The notes under the pieces were generated by a model. It was not told the origin of the DNA, searched no databases, and saw nothing but the letters and a program-made list of their open reading frames with translations. A program made the translations under genes and the position numbers. Positions 47,401-57,960 of a stretch of 64,000 nucleotides of DNA are shown here, one piece after another. The stretch is from the IMG/VR virus record IMGVR_UViG_3300045988_119557, positions 1 to 64,000 of that record. One strand, written 5' to 3'. This stretch comes from a virus. The stretch's first letter is position 1. Each line of letters starts with the position of its first letter.

Positions 47401-50400
47401 TTTAGCAGATGCCAAGAAAGCGCAAGACACAGCCGATAGTAAACGAAAAATCTTTGTACGTCAACCATTAGACACTGAAACGTATGAAGTCGGGGATCTT
47501 TGGGTGAATGCTACTTTTAGTACTACTTATTCCAATGATGTCCTTCGATGCAAAACAGCTAAAGCAGCAGGAATATCTTTTTCTATCAACCATTGGGAAA
47601 AGGCTTCTAAATATACTGATGATCAAGCGGCTTTAGAAGCACAAAGATTAGCTAAAGCGGCACAAGCAGATGTCGATCAAGCCAAGCGAGATATAAATGG
47701 ATTAGATGGAGAAGTAGACGGATTGCGCAACTTCACAGATCAAGCTTTTAAAGACGGAGTAATTGATAGAAGTGAAGCTACTGCAATAGCCAAATATCTT
47801 AATAATATCGAAACTTCGCAGAAAGATGTAAGCCAAAGTTTCGCGAAGGTGTACAATAATCCATTATTATCGGGAATAGCTAAGACGAATCTCAACAATG
47901 CAAATATTGCCTTTAATACTGCTGCAACAGATTTGATTTCAACGATTAGATCGGCTATTGCAGATGGCATAACTACAAATACAGAGAAAGCCGCAGTTGA
48001 TGATAAATATTCTGTATTTAATACTAAATATGGAGATTATATCGCGTATTTAAATGAAGCCAATAAGTTTATTCAAGACCAAATAAAGACTACGGCTGAT
48101 AATGCTTTACAAAAAGCGGTTGACTTAGATTATCTTAAACAAGCCTTTACAGAAAAGACTACGATTACTGATGGTATCGTTCAAACTTCTATTTTAGCAT
48201 TGGGGTATACCGATGGTAGCTCTTATAAGATAATGAGTGGATCGAATGGTATATATAATTCCTCTAAAATAGGCGGAGGTATCGCATCTTGGTGGGGTGG
48301 TTCAATGAAAGACCGCAATGATTACACTTCCGAGAATATGCCCGCTGATGTAGCCAAAGGACTTGTTCGATTTGACGGTACAGGATATTTCGCTAATGGC
48401 AATTTATGGTGGGATAATAATGGTAAGCTTCATGCAGATCCTTTATCCTTCTTTGTTGGCCCGGAAAATGTTGGTGACTTATTATCTATATTCCAAATTG
48501 TGAAATCGGGATCTTCCATAAGCTATGTAGTCCCTCGCTATCCATTTCAAAAGTTGTCAATTTCAAGTTACTTGGAATTAGGTAGTGGTTATCGTATAAA
48601 GGTAGATGAAGCCAATAATGCGATATATTTCGAAAAGGCAGATGGAGGTATTGTCAACTTCTATGCGACTGGCGGTATTACCGCTTTAGGCGTTGGGACT
48701 AAATCCCCACAAACAATATTAGATGCCCTCCCCATTGACACTAATACATTAAGTAAAGAAGGTGGTAAACTAACAGTGATTGGCGGAGGAAGTGGTGGCA
48801 ATACAGGGGCTATTTCTCTAAATGGACAGAGATACGAATCGGTGGATGGTGTAATTACTTTGCCTAATTTAGCTACTCCCGGGGATATTACTACTGCTTT
48901 AAGTAGCTATGCAACCCAGGCGTGGGTCAATAGTCAAGGTTTTTTAAGTTCTGCTGCTCTTGATAATTATGTTACATTAAATACAGTTCAGAATATCACT
49001 GGTGTTAAAACATTCTCTTCTGGCTTAATAGCTACAGATATTGTAGCTAATAAATTTAAGACATTATCAGGAACTGCTTCTCAGTTCCTTAAAGCAGATG
49101 GTTCAGTAGATAGTAATTTATATGCCTTAGCGTATGAAGGTAACCAGAATAAAACTCAGCATTCTCAATACTCAAGATTTACGAACTACTTTAATGTTAT
49201 AGATAGGAGAAGCGAAACACCTACGCCTAATTCATACGAGACTCACACTATTTCCGCATTTTTTAATGCAAGCAACGGCATGCCAGACGGTAACTGGTGG
49301 TCTGGCTTCCACGTTCGTGGTTGGGGAGATGGTTACTGTACTTGGGAATTAGTAGGACCTTCTTCTACTAATAATACCGCTAACAATCTTCGTTACCGCA
49401 CAGGTATTGGTGATACGTGGGGAGCGTGGAAGATGATTATGACTGATGTTGAAGCAGATGGTAAGTACGTTTTCAAGACAGGGGATACTATGACAGGTGC
49501 TCTTACTGCGCCAGATGTTTTTGCAACAACCTTATGGGCTATAAGTACGTTACGTTCTAATTTATTGCTTACTGTAGGCGCATCAAATGCAATCGTTGTT
49601 GCGAATAGAGCTGAACTACATCTAATTACCCCTTCAGATAATCCTTGTGATTTATGGATGGGAGCTAACAATAGTAGACGTTGGTCTATTACAGCCAGAG
49701 GTTCCGGAGAGAATTATCAATTAGGAATCTATAATAATACAAGATCCAATTGGAATGTTATCTTTAGAGACGACATAAATGATTTCTTTGTAAAAACTGA
49801 GGTACGTAGTACGTTTTTAGTCGTTCCTTCAGATATTGGTGGAGGATACAATGAAGGCATCCGTATCTGTAATGGATCAAACAATTGGTCTAATATCCAG
49901 TTTGGAGCACAGAACGCATGGAACGGTAAAATTGACGGTCAGTGGATAGTTGGTAAAGATCCGGTAAAAAATTTCCAGATTTGTCTTGCAGGAACAGAAA
50001 CGTCTAACGGTTCAAGACCCAGTAAAGGGATACATATTGATATAAATGGCTATCTTCATACGGGTTATGTATCTACGGAAATAAATCCGGATAATCAGGG
50101 AGATTATTTTTACTCTTCTGATGATACGTTTCTTAGAAGATCTACTTGGTATGCCGCTTTATCCCATTTAAGCAATAAACAGCGAACATTAGACCTTACA
50201 ACTTTAGACCAAAATAAGTGGTATCCATGTATTATTAATGCGCCTGCTTATGGAGGAACACCTTTAAGAATTACTCTATTTAATGGACTTAGAGGCAATA
50301 AGCCATCATGGGGTTCGCATCAGCAAGGGTTTTCTTTACTATTAGATTATGAAGTTATCGGCTCTGGTTGGGGAACACTTCGTGCTGTAGCAAAATTAAA

Positions 50401-52555
50401 TTGGTACTTTGGCTCTTATGGCGGAGAAACCGCTTTCGGAGGAAGGCAACAAAATACGATGGCTTCCAAAGAAATTATATATTTACGTGGTGGAGGCTTA
50501 TATTATTATAGAACTACAAATGCTGATAGTTTTACAGTTCACCCAAATGGTTATTCTTGGGTCAGTGGTCCACATCGTTATAGTGCTCCAGTAAAAACTT
50601 CACAAGATAATTCTCCGATGGAGAGAACCTTTGACCAAGTATACTGGCTACCTGCTACTTTGAGAGAGACAAGAACTTTCTGGGGACAACCTTTTAACGG
50701 TTCTCAAAATGTATCTGGCGCTTTATCAGGAGTAACTACAATAAATGCCTCAAATACGATATATACAGCCGGAGATATTAGTAATGGTGGTTATATATAC
50801 TGTAATGGTAGGTTATATGTGGATAGAGGTAGGTATTCTGTTACTTCCTCACCTGCTATATCATTAGCCATTGGTGATACAGATACCGGACTTCACTGGG
50901 TATCTAATGGAGCAGTAGACCTTTATGCAAATGCTGCTGCTGTAGGTGGCTGGACTGGAAGCCAATTTAGATATGGTCACGGCTATTTTAAACAAGCTAC
51001 TGGAAATGATTATTACACATTAGGGATAATGGTAAACGGTAACGGTACAGCTAACTCTATTAAACCCGGTATCGGTTTTCACCAACCGGGAGTTTATGCT
51101 AATTCAATAAGATCTGACGGACCCGGAGATTTTAGATTTTGTGTTCAAGGAGGTACGGTAGGTTGTACTGTTCAGGCTGCTAATTTCTACGCTAATGGCG
51201 GTTTTCTTTATTCATCTGCCAATGGCTGTGAACTAAAAATTGGCTCACAAAATGATTCTTATGTACACTTTACCACTAATCCTGCAAGAAGCTTATATTT
51301 TGATAATAGTTTATTTATAAGTGGTGGGGTTTTACCATATACAACTACTACTTATGATTTAGGAGACGCTGGTCATATATGGAGAAACATATATGCAAAT
51401 AGATTATTAGGAGGAGCAGATTGGGCTGATTATTTATCTAATCATTATATAGGTGGACGACAATTTAATCCTCAAACTTATTTTGGAAATAACAGCATGG
51501 GTCTTAGAGTTGCAATGACTGGAGTTTCTACTAATGGGGCTAATTGGTCAGATACTATATGGATTAATGGTTATTATGGAGCAGATGTGCCTTCCTGTAA
51601 TGCTTTACATTTTCCAAGAGATGGTTCTTCTGAAATGTATATAAGTTCTCAAACTTATAATGCTACAAGTTATGGTACAAGATATAGATTTTGGTCATCT
51701 AAGAATAGTAATAAATCAGATGTAGATTGGACTTGTAGAGGTCTTAGTGCACATGCAAGAATAAGTACTACTGCTGATATTTATTCAGCTTCTTGGGTGA
51801 GAACAGAAGGAAAAACTGGTTGGTATTCTCAGACTTATGGAGGTGGTATCTATATGGCAGACTCAGATCACGTCCAAGTATACAATAATAAAGTATTCTA
51901 TAATAGTGGCTATAGATCTTGGGGTATTGGTGGGCACTATTGCGGTATTAAGCTTTACCAAGGTAATCATATTGGCATTAATCTTGCCAATGATTCTTAT
52001 ACTTGGGGTATATATTCCAATCAAAATGGTAATATGTATATAGGTAGACGAGACGGAAATGTAAATAACACATCGGGTACCTATGTTGTAACAATTGGTC
52101 TATCAACATTTTCAATGTCTGGTAATATTGTTGCTACTGGTGGCATAACAGCGAAAACTTCTTCGGACGAACAGCTTAAAAATCTGCTTCCGAGATCTAA
52201 TTATGCGGAAAGATTATTATCTTTGGGAAACGTATTTGATTTTGTCTACAATGAAACGGCTAAACGTAGGGAGGGTAAACAGGTTGACGGTGCTGCACAT
52301 ACAGGTCTTAGTTACCAGAAAGTTAGTTCCATTATGCCTACTATATGTGGTAAAGATGATGATGGTTATGGTTATATCAATTACATAAGCCCTGATTTTA
52401 TTTCTTTGATTGCTGGTGCGACTCAATTAAATACATTAGGTATTAAGGAATTGTATAAAAAGACTAATAGTATTGAAGATGAAATAAAGAAATTGAAAAA
52501 GGAGAATGAATGCTTAAAGAAAGAGATTAATAAGTTGAAAAGGGAGTATAGATAA
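44429..52555 (+). CDS. giant tail fibre / antireceptor-like protein (2708 aa)
   Basis: Single uninterrupted ORF. The N-terminus resembles the siphovirus minor-structural/antireceptor N-region (RYKHELEFLS). Long beta-rich Gly/Asn/Thr repeats, then a C-terminal chaperone domain. Confidence 0.8.
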   Translation: MSNNILLTVYTYVDGVSDTPFPNAENPLKIKYTYNAQRMGSSSLTATAMYPTCLDDLWVSGKQYVDFKGERYFIVKTPSSSKSNDDVRYKHELEFLSGRSVLDNVYVYDVVTGDAGSTDRYVSNSTKVLFYGDIQEFVARLNFSLEYSNLAYRIVIDEGITSEAKQVSLENVFFSNALQEIFNIFELPFYFVGTTIHVGFTNNAITHTFKYGKDFELLSVSKTNANYKITNRVTGTGSSDNIQFYYPNPSNDRKAIEEAGGTWITPSQVLMPPIYRQTNGAERFYNALNNKYINPDTGDYYTFENLYLPTNPKEQIVDFSYIKPSIKNALNKAGVRMDMIKAIAFDQNDDDSINKDTGEYVHSYFYVKLNKFDGDFGFNLFDQALVGSDATVSMTSGACGACNFQIGVTEITQEGKQVFRNPVQVDSKGDIVPGDYAQKVNVNNLQPQQQNTMTNEVWIALKKDNTTFGIVMPNAGNNIKPSVGDSFVFLNIDMPQAYITKAEKELEEAIIKYMANNNREKFTFSIKLSRIFLAENPSIGNLLNENARIDLEYNGQFHQLYVSNYTLKVDENVLPEISIQLTDTLTIGKNSLQTAIDGVKQDIMNSIGSVDFLKQGLKYFLRKDTSDYARDFITFLRGLKVGSYTEGGNSGGIFAVDANGKTYIETDMLKVRAKAYFETLEIINTNSIGGRQIITPGGSITCNKVVEGDTYYRCYFVNDADNTPIENRFKVDDQALSQDFNIKEGIYENVSNHYYWRKVVAIGDDYIDLSKTDADVSSDVPKAGDVICQLGNKTDKTRQNAIIFSAVDFYSPSITLYAGIDNYSYVNKEYVSYGVDKTTNEAFFNVYGRMYVGDRNKTSYMQYSEKDGLQIKGKLQIGTTIGSGQTVEDALEQTKNDAIAGAKENLDEFATIVNGSLGDLQDQIDGAIETWFYDPVPTLTNQPAVNWTTDKDKNTHLGDLYYDGNGKAYRFQLTGTTYEWKVLTDSDITKALADAKKAQDTADSKRKIFVRQPLDTETYEVGDLWVNATFSTTYSNDVLRCKTAKAAGISFSINHWEKASKYTDDQAALEAQRLAKAAQADVDQAKRDINGLDGEVDGLRNFTDQAFKDGVIDRSEATAIAKYLNNIETSQKDVSQSFAKVYNNPLLSGIAKTNLNNANIAFNTAATDLISTIRSAIADGITTNTEKAAVDDKYSVFNTKYGDYIAYLNEANKFIQDQIKTTADNALQKAVDLDYLKQAFTEKTTITDGIVQTSILALGYTDGSSYKIMSGSNGIYNSSKIGGGIASWWGGSMKDRNDYTSENMPADVAKGLVRFDGTGYFANGNLWWDNNGKLHADPLSFFVGPENVGDLLSIFQIVKSGSSISYVVPRYPFQKLSISSYLELGSGYRIKVDEANNAIYFEKADGGIVNFYATGGITALGVGTKSPQTILDALPIDTNTLSKEGGKLTVIGGGSGGNTGAISLNGQRYESVDGVITLPNLATPGDITTALSSYATQAWVNSQGFLSSAALDNYVTLNTVQNITGVKTFSSGLIATDIVANKFKTLSGTASQFLKADGSVDSNLYALAYEGNQNKTQHSQYSRFTNYFNVIDRRSETPTPNSYETHTISAFFNASNGMPDGNWWSGFHVRGWGDGYCTWELVGPSSTNNTANNLRYRTGIGDTWGAWKMIMTDVEADGKYVFKTGDTMTGALTAPDVFATTLWAISTLRSNLLLTVGASNAIVVANRAELHLITPSDNPCDLWMGANNSRRWSITARGSGENYQLGIYNNTRSNWNVIFRDDINDFFVKTEVRSTFLVVPSDIGGGYNEGIRICNGSNNWSNIQFGAQNAWNGKIDGQWIVGKDPVKNFQICLAGTETSNGSRPSKGIHIDINGYLHTGYVSTEINPDNQGDYFYSSDDTFLRRSTWYAALSHLSNKQRTLDLTTLDQNKWYPCIINAPAYGGTPLRITLFNGLRGNKPSWGSHQQGFSLLLDYEVIGSGWGTLRAVAKLNWYFGSYGGETAFGGRQQNTMASKEIIYLRGGGLYYYRTTNADSFTVHPNGYSWVSGPHRYSAPVKTSQDNSPMERTFDQVYWLPATLRETRTFWGQPFNGSQNVSGALSGVTTINASNTIYTAGDISNGGYIYCNGRLYVDRGRYSVTSSPAISLAIGDTDTGLHWVSNGAVDLYANAAAVGGWTGSQFRYGHGYFKQATGNDYYTLGIMVNGNGTANSIKPGIGFHQPGVYANSIRSDGPGDFRFCVQGGTVGCTVQAANFYANGGFLYSSANGCELKIGSQNDSYVHFTTNPARSLYFDNSLFISGGVLPYTTTTYDLGDAGHIWRNIYANRLLGGADWADYLSNHYIGGRQFNPQTYFGNNSMGLRVAMTGVSTNGANWSDTIWINGYYGADVPSCNALHFPRDGSSEMYISSQTYNATSYGTRYRFWSSKNSNKSDVDWTCRGLSAHARISTTADIYSASWVRTEGKTGWYSQTYGGGIYMADSDHVQVYNNKVFYNSGYRSWGIGGHYCGIKLYQGNHIGINLANDSYTWGIYSNQNGNMYIGRRDGNVNNTSGTYVVTIGLSTFSMSGNIVATGGITAKTSSDEQLKNLLPRSNYAERLLSLGNVFDFVYNETAKRREGKQVDGAAHTGLSYQKVSSIMPTICGKDDDGYGYINYISPDFISLIAGATQLNTLGIKELYKKTNSIEDEIKKLKKENECLKKEINKLKREYR
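52159..52552 (+). other. C-terminal intramolecular chaperone auto-processing domain (Peptidase S74-like)
   Basis: TSSDEQLKNL...NVFDFVYNE...HTGLSYQKVSSIMPTICGKDDDGYGYINY...LIAGATQLN, then a KKLKKENECLKKEINKLK coil. Confidence 0.65.
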
Positions 52556-52590
52556 GTCTATGCTCCTTTGGAGGTTAAGAGATAAATTCT

Positions 52591-52598
52591 TATTTTTG
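52591..52598 (+). promoter_or_regulatory. -7 promoter box (TAttTTTG)
   Basis: Exact match 27 nt upstream of ATG 52625. Confidence 0.45.
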
Positions 52599-52624
52599 CA
52601 TTGAAACAATAACTAATAAAAAAA

Positions 52625-52852
52625 ATGACGAAGATGAAAAATCTATTTAAGGCTTACAAAGAATGGAGAGACAGAAAGTTTATTGAACGTATTGATCGAG
52701 TTTATTTCAAGAAGGACAAGGACAAAAATCTTTTTATAAAAGGCAATCTCATTGTCGAAGGCAAAGTTTTGTATTATGGAAATGCTCCCGAAGCAAACGA
52801 GGTAGAAGGATTCAAAACCAGACGTTCTGTTAGCAAAAAGAAGTCGAAATGA
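52625..52852 (+). CDS. small protein, module copy 1
   Basis: 75 aa with FIKGNLIVEGKVLYYG. The stop overlaps the ATG of the next gene (ATGA). Confidence 0.55.
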   Translation: MTKMKNLFKAYKEWRDRKFIERIDRVYFKKDKDKNLFIKGNLIVEGKVLYYGNAPEANEVEGFKTRRSVSKKKSK

Positions 52853-54081
52853 GCAATAGTAACGGAAAGATTACTGCGCCTGTTTCGATAGAAAGCGATA
52901 TAGTGCCAGTATTAGGCGAAACAACTTATAAGCTGGAAGACCTATGCCGTAGTAGTAAGATTAACAAATGGAGCTATATCAAACCGATACAAGATTCCAA
53001 TCCCGTAGAATGTTCTTTTTCTATTGCTAAATATAAAGAGTCCATTTCACGTGTTTTTGTATATGCCCCAAGTTCAACGATAAATTCTGCGGATTACGCA
53101 TATTTGCCTCCACATTCAAACTTTAGAGCGACTGATTTTAACGGATATGATCATAACAGTTTTGCAGCTAAATGTGATGTAGCTGGTGCTCTTCCATCAA
53201 ATATTGATTTTGATAATTGTTATTATAATATACCAATAGAATTAGGGTCAGGTGATTTATGGTCTAATCTATTAGTCTCAACACCCGGAGACAGATGGGA
53301 GAATGCTTTGTTGTTAGTATGCAAGAAAGGAAATATAACGCATACCTATAGAACATATAGGTTTAATAGATATGAGAATAAAGTAGTATTAAGTTTAGGA
53401 GGCCCAGAGTATACCGATAAATCGGCTTACGAAAAGTTTAAAGCTATAGGAATTGCTGATTATACGGTAGATATAATGGCTATCGCAATCCCGCAAACAC
53501 ATCCTGATAAGCCTGATGGTTTTATAGAGATAACTAATTCTACAAATTATCAAGTTTATCCATTGACAAATATGGGTGGTAGAATATGGAATCCTCTTAA
53601 AAAAGGAATTAGAATAAGTAATCCTAAACCAAGAACATTTTGGGAAGTTAGTGCTTATGATTTGGGAAATCAAACTGATGGTACTTATATACCCGATGAT
53701 GCTTTAATTGGAGGAGATCTAATGGGTATTAGAGCAGATGGAGGAGGTATAGACTTGTGGTATGAACCGAATGGTATTCCCTTCTCGGAGTTTATAAAAG
53801 GGCCTGGAAGTGGAATTGGTGGAATCGTTGCACAAGGATCAGTTGTTACAACAGGTGTATATACTAAAATGAAAGGCAATCTTAATATATATTATTATCA
53901 GTTTAGAAGTGGAGGATTAACAAGGCCTGTTATTGTGAGCCATGGGACAGGAGGAGTAGTCTCTTGGCTCTCAAGAAGTGTTAATATTAAATTTGACAAT
54001 TTATCTATGGGAACAGGAAGTACAACTAACAGTATAACTGCAAGTTTTTATTTTGTAGACCCAGACTTTAGACCGCAATAA
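52849..54081 (+). CDS. receptor-binding/tail-tip-like protein, module copy 1
   Basis: 410 aa. The N-terminus MSNSNGKITAPVSIESDIVPVLG and FRATDFNGYDHN are shared with 54357..55514. Confidence 0.55.
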   Translation: MSNSNGKITAPVSIESDIVPVLGETTYKLEDLCRSSKINKWSYIKPIQDSNPVECSFSIAKYKESISRVFVYAPSSTINSADYAYLPPHSNFRATDFNGYDHNSFAAKCDVAGALPSNIDFDNCYYNIPIELGSGDLWSNLLVSTPGDRWENALLLVCKKGNITHTYRTYRFNRYENKVVLSLGGPEYTDKSAYEKFKAIGIADYTVDIMAIAIPQTHPDKPDGFIEITNSTNYQVYPLTNMGGRIWNPLKKGIRISNPKPRTFWEVSAYDLGNQTDGTYIPDDALIGGDLMGIRADGGGIDLWYEPNGIPFSEFIKGPGSGIGGIVAQGSVVTTGVYTKMKGNLNIYYYQFRSGGLTRPVIVSHGTGGVVSWLSRSVNIKFDNLSMGTGSTTNSITASFYFVDPDFRPQ

Positions 54082-54084
54082 AAA

Positions 54085-54356
<272 letters not shown>

Positions 54357-54360
<4 letters not shown>

Positions 54361-55514
54361 GTATATCAAATGGATTAATAATAGCTCCCGTTGGAGTCCA
54401 TGATGATATTCCACAAACCTTAGGAATAAGTAGCACAGATGTAGGTACTCAATGTGTTTCTGATAATGTTAATATGTGGACTGACAGACATCCTGTCGCT
54501 TATGATAGCATAGCTCCACTTAGTGAAGAACAGTTTAAATCTGTACATTATGGTTTTGAAAATGTAGCAATAATACAGCCAACTCTTTCTAATTTAACAA
54601 CTAAATCTATGTATTATAGACAACCTATATCAGGAACCAATGCTTGGTATTATAGAGCTTCAGATTTTGATGGATATAATCATAATGCTAAACCTATATT
54701 TCAATTTTCTTTTCCTGCTAATATATCTCCAGATTCAGCAGTTATAATTAATATAAATGATTTAATATTTGAATCCTCTACTTCTGGACAATTATCTATT
54801 GATAAAATAATAGGTAATGGGAAGAAGAATCAGTTAGGTGTAGCTATATTTAGTAGAAGCAGGCAAAAAGGATATTATAAAATATTTGGTAGAACAATTA
54901 CTGGAGGTAAACTTCCTTTGTTCTTAGTAGATGATTCCTTAGATTGGGAAGGTAAATTAAGTAAAGATATAGCTATTTGTTTATTTATATCTGACAATAC
55001 TTATTCTAATGAAAGACTTAAATGGAGAGAGGCTCCTGAATATAATATGAACTTCTATCCTGGTATTTCTAATACAAGAAGGAATAATGTTCCTGCTATG
55101 AAATACTATAATTTGTCTCAGTTTCCTATTCAAGGATATCTTCAATATTCTGTTGTTGGTAGTACTACTCCAAGAGTTAATGATAATTCAGATAGTTATT
55201 ATAATTATAGATTTACTATACATGATAAAGCATCTGCTGGATTAGCTACTTTAAAAACTTATAGCGTATCTATGGAAACTATTGATTATAATGGAAACTT
55301 TAGAGTTGACCAATATGAAATAGGTAAAGGTATGGCTAATGTAATATCTGGTCCTGATGGTAGTGGGAATTACGTTATTAGTGTCCCATGTATGACCTTA
55401 GGTGGGAAATACTATATTGGCAAGACAGCTTATACTAATTGCTATATCTATAATACAACAACTGGGGCAAGTGCTGGAAAATTATTGGGAATAACGTTAA
55501 TTGGATCTGCTTAA
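54357..55514 (+). CDS. receptor-binding/tail-tip-like protein, module copy 2
   Basis: 385 aa. MSISNGLIIAPVGVHDDIPQTLG and YRASDFDGYNHN are paralogous to copy 1. Confidence 0.55.
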
Positions 55515-55568
55515 ACAGCTATACAAGCTACACAGCACGCTATTTAGGAGATGATTATAAGTCTGGAT

Positions 55569-55605
55569 CTATTTTGTTTAGAGCAAAATAGTTGTATATA
55601 TACAA
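55569..55605 (+). terminator. inverted repeats downstream of the fibre-module operon (terminator-like)
   Basis: CTATTTTG-tttagag-CAAAATAG (perfect 8 bp), then the 14-bp palindrome TTGTATATATACAA. Confidence 0.4.
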
Positions 55606-55646
55606 AAAAAGAAGTATCTTAGCAGCGAAATATTAAAAATATTAAG

Positions 55647-56006
55647 ATGACAACACCAGTAACAGTAACAGTAGAAAATGGAGATTTGGTTAGCGTTAAG
55701 CGAACTAATGCCGCAGTAAATAGCGAAACTCTTAAATTAGTAGGTTCAATATTAGTTGTAGCAACTAATAAGGTTCTCGAATTTAGTGGAAATGTTCAAT
55801 TAAAAGATTCACAAAACGTAATCGGAACTTTTCATTATAATAATAATGATGGTACAATGACTGCGCCTGCCCCTGCGGGAATGTATGAATCAGTAGTACG
55901 TATTACAAACGAAGCGTATGCCGATAAGCAAGTTGAGGCAACCGAGGCTTTGTTGGCTGGAATTAAGAAATGGGGTGAAGCAACAATTAATACAATATGT
56001 GAGTAA
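55647..56006 (+). CDS. hypothetical protein
   Basis: 119-aa beta-rich ORF. Confidence 0.5.
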   Translation: MTTPVTVTVENGDLVSVKRTNAAVNSETLKLVGSILVVATNKVLEFSGNVQLKDSQNVIGTFHYNNNDGTMTAPAPAGMYESVVRITNEAYADKQVEATEALLAGIKKWGEATINTICE

Positions 56007-56620
56007 TGGAAAATACAGAAACTAAAAAAAGCGAGAATAAACTCGATAAAATAAAAAATAGCGAGATAGTTAAAAAGACATCATTGATCAAGGCTTTATT
56101 GATCGCACATCAAGGAAAAGAACTTCCACGCGAATTGAAGACTAAAGTTATGATGACTCGAATCTATTATAATGGATTTTATAAAAAATTCGAGGATGCC
56201 ATTAAAGAAGCTACAGAAGGATTGAAGCCGGAGGGATTTGATAAAGAAAAAGAGGAAGTAAGTAAACTTCAAGAGAAAATCCAAAAACAATGTAAAGACC
56301 TATCTTCTCTTACAGAGGAAATGCTAAAAAACATCTTAACTGATGAAGAATTTGATAAGCATAAGGCATTTATGGACATGTACAATAAGCATTGGAGAGA
56401 TGTAGCGGATTTTAAGTCTAAGAAGCTGAACGAAGAGGTCGAGGTAGAACAAAAGACTTTTACGCAGAAAGAATATGAAGATTTAGTGAATGTAAATGTA
56501 GCTGATAAATATACTATTGAAGAGGTATTAACCGATTTTCAGGGAATGTCTATCACGACTGAAAAACAAATATCAACTACTGATTTTCTTGAAATGATAT
56601 ACGAGAACTTTGTTTGTTAA
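56006..56620 (+). CDS. hypothetical protein (E/K-rich helical)
   Basis: The start overlaps the upstream stop. Confidence 0.5.
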   Translation: MENTETKKSENKLDKIKNSEIVKKTSLIKALLIAHQGKELPRELKTKVMMTRIYYNGFYKKFEDAIKEATEGLKPEGFDKEKEEVSKLQEKIQKQCKDLSSLTEEMLKNILTDEEFDKHKAFMDMYNKHWRDVADFKSKKLNEEVEVEQKTFTQKEYEDLVNVNVADKYTIEEVLTDFQGMSITTEKQISTTDFLEMIYENFVC

Positions 56621-56666
56621 TTATCATGTAAGTTTGTTTTTAATTTTCAGGTATTAGTTGTTTTTC

Positions 56667-56699
56667 AAGGGGAAGTTTTCTTCCCCTTGTTTTGTTTTT
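56667..56699 (+). terminator. bidirectional Rho-independent terminator
   Basis: AAGGGGAAG-tttt-CTTCCCCTT (perfect 9 bp) followed by GTTTTGTTTTT, between convergent genes. Confidence 0.8.
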
Positions 56700-56955
56700 A
56701 TCTCTTTTTTAAGGTTTTCTTCTGGCGTTCTTCTTTCAACTTATCTTTGACAGCAAGAATATCAGAACGCTTAAATCCAATCTTATGGTTATTGAAACTT
56801 TGATTCTTAATACCATATTTATCCATCAATTTCTTGAATCCTGCTCGATTATTACCCATGCACAATATCTTCATTGCACCATCATAAGTAACATAATCTT
56901 TCGGATTAACATATTCTGAATTCATCTTGTCTATTGTATTAAGTGCTCCCGCCAA
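56698..56955 (-). CDS. small DNA-binding-like protein; may extend to ATG 57151 across a frame break
   Basis: The track start is a TTG. The same frame stays open upstream, but the only ATG (57151) is in another frame. Confidence 0.45.
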   Translation of the reverse strand: MAGALNTIDKMNSEYVNPKDYVTYDGAMKILCMGNNRAGFKKLMDKYGIKNQSFNNHKIGFKRSDILAVKDKLKEERQKKTLKKR

Positions 56956-57168
56956 TTCGTCTTCGTTACAGTCAGCGCTAAATATATCAAAGATTCTTCC
57001 AAAGATAGTACTAAATACAAGTTTCCTAATAGGAGAGAGTGCATCTACTTCTTCTTTTATAATATCGTATATGTCGCTCTTAATCTTATTGATTCTGTTT
57101 TGAATTTGTAAGTTTCACATTGTTTTCTTTTACTTCTTTCAGATTAGCCATAATAAAAAATGTTTTAA

Positions 57169-57477
57169 TTAGTTATTTTCTACATATTGGTAACACTTGG
57201 TAGTGTTCATTCCAGGTAACTTATAATTCACCTCCCTAATATATCCATGTTCAACGAGCCTATTAACGGCATTGTATATTTTCTTTGTAGAAAGGAAAGG
57301 AATTAATTCTTTTAGTTTTGCTATTGCAATAAATCCGGTATATTTCTCTCGTTTTACCATGCAGCCTTTAAACGATTCTTGATACATTTTAGTACATAGT
57401 ATCAATCGCATATAATAGTAGACGGCTGCGGCTTCTAAACCAACTTTAGAAGCCATTTCTTCATCAATACAAATCAT
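57169..57477 (-). CDS. winged-helix DNA-binding protein (tentative)
   Basis: LSTKKIYNAVNRLVEHGYIREVNY is wHTH-like. Confidence 0.4.
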   Translation of the reverse strand: MICIDEEMASKVGLEAAAVYYYMRLILCTKMYQESFKGCMVKREKYTGFIAIAKLKELIPFLSTKKIYNAVNRLVEHGYIREVNYKLPGMNTTKCYQYVENN

Positions 57478-57486
57478 GCAGCCTAT

Positions 57487-57879
57487 CTACTTTTTGAGTT
57501 TAAATTCTTCGTATCGTTGCTTGATATTCTTTAGCCTACGAACTTTTCTAAAATGATTAATACCTAAATGTACCGTAACAATAATGCTAATAGCCCATGT
57601 AGCTGATACAATAAGCAAATATACCTCTGCCGTAGGCATAATATTGAATGTATTGTCAATACAAGTAATAGTATCGGTAAACATAAGATTAAGTGGTATA
57701 GCTCTTGCATACTTGCAATGATATTTACCTTCGTCACAAGCAAGCCTATACAAACAATAATCTAATAAGACAACATAGCCATCAAATGTTATTAATACTC
57801 CACTCCATGCAAAACAAAATACAATTAACATATAAATAGCTAATCCAAAGATAGTTGCTCTAACTATTAACTTTTCCAT
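57487..57879 (-). CDS. integral membrane protein (about 4 TM helices)
   Basis: Four hydrophobic stretches and a basic C-terminal tail. Confidence 0.55.
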   Translation of the reverse strand: MEKLIVRATIFGLAIYMLIVFCFAWSGVLITFDGYVVLLDYCLYRLACDEGKYHCKYARAIPLNLMFTDTITCIDNTFNIMPTAEVYLLIVSATWAISIIVTVHLGINHFRKVRRLKNIKQRYEEFKLKK

Positions 57880-57960
57880 ATCTATATTTAATATAACCTT
57901 TACTTATTCTTTTTAGAATTGACTACGAATACAATTTTCTCTGTAAATAATCCAGGCGCT

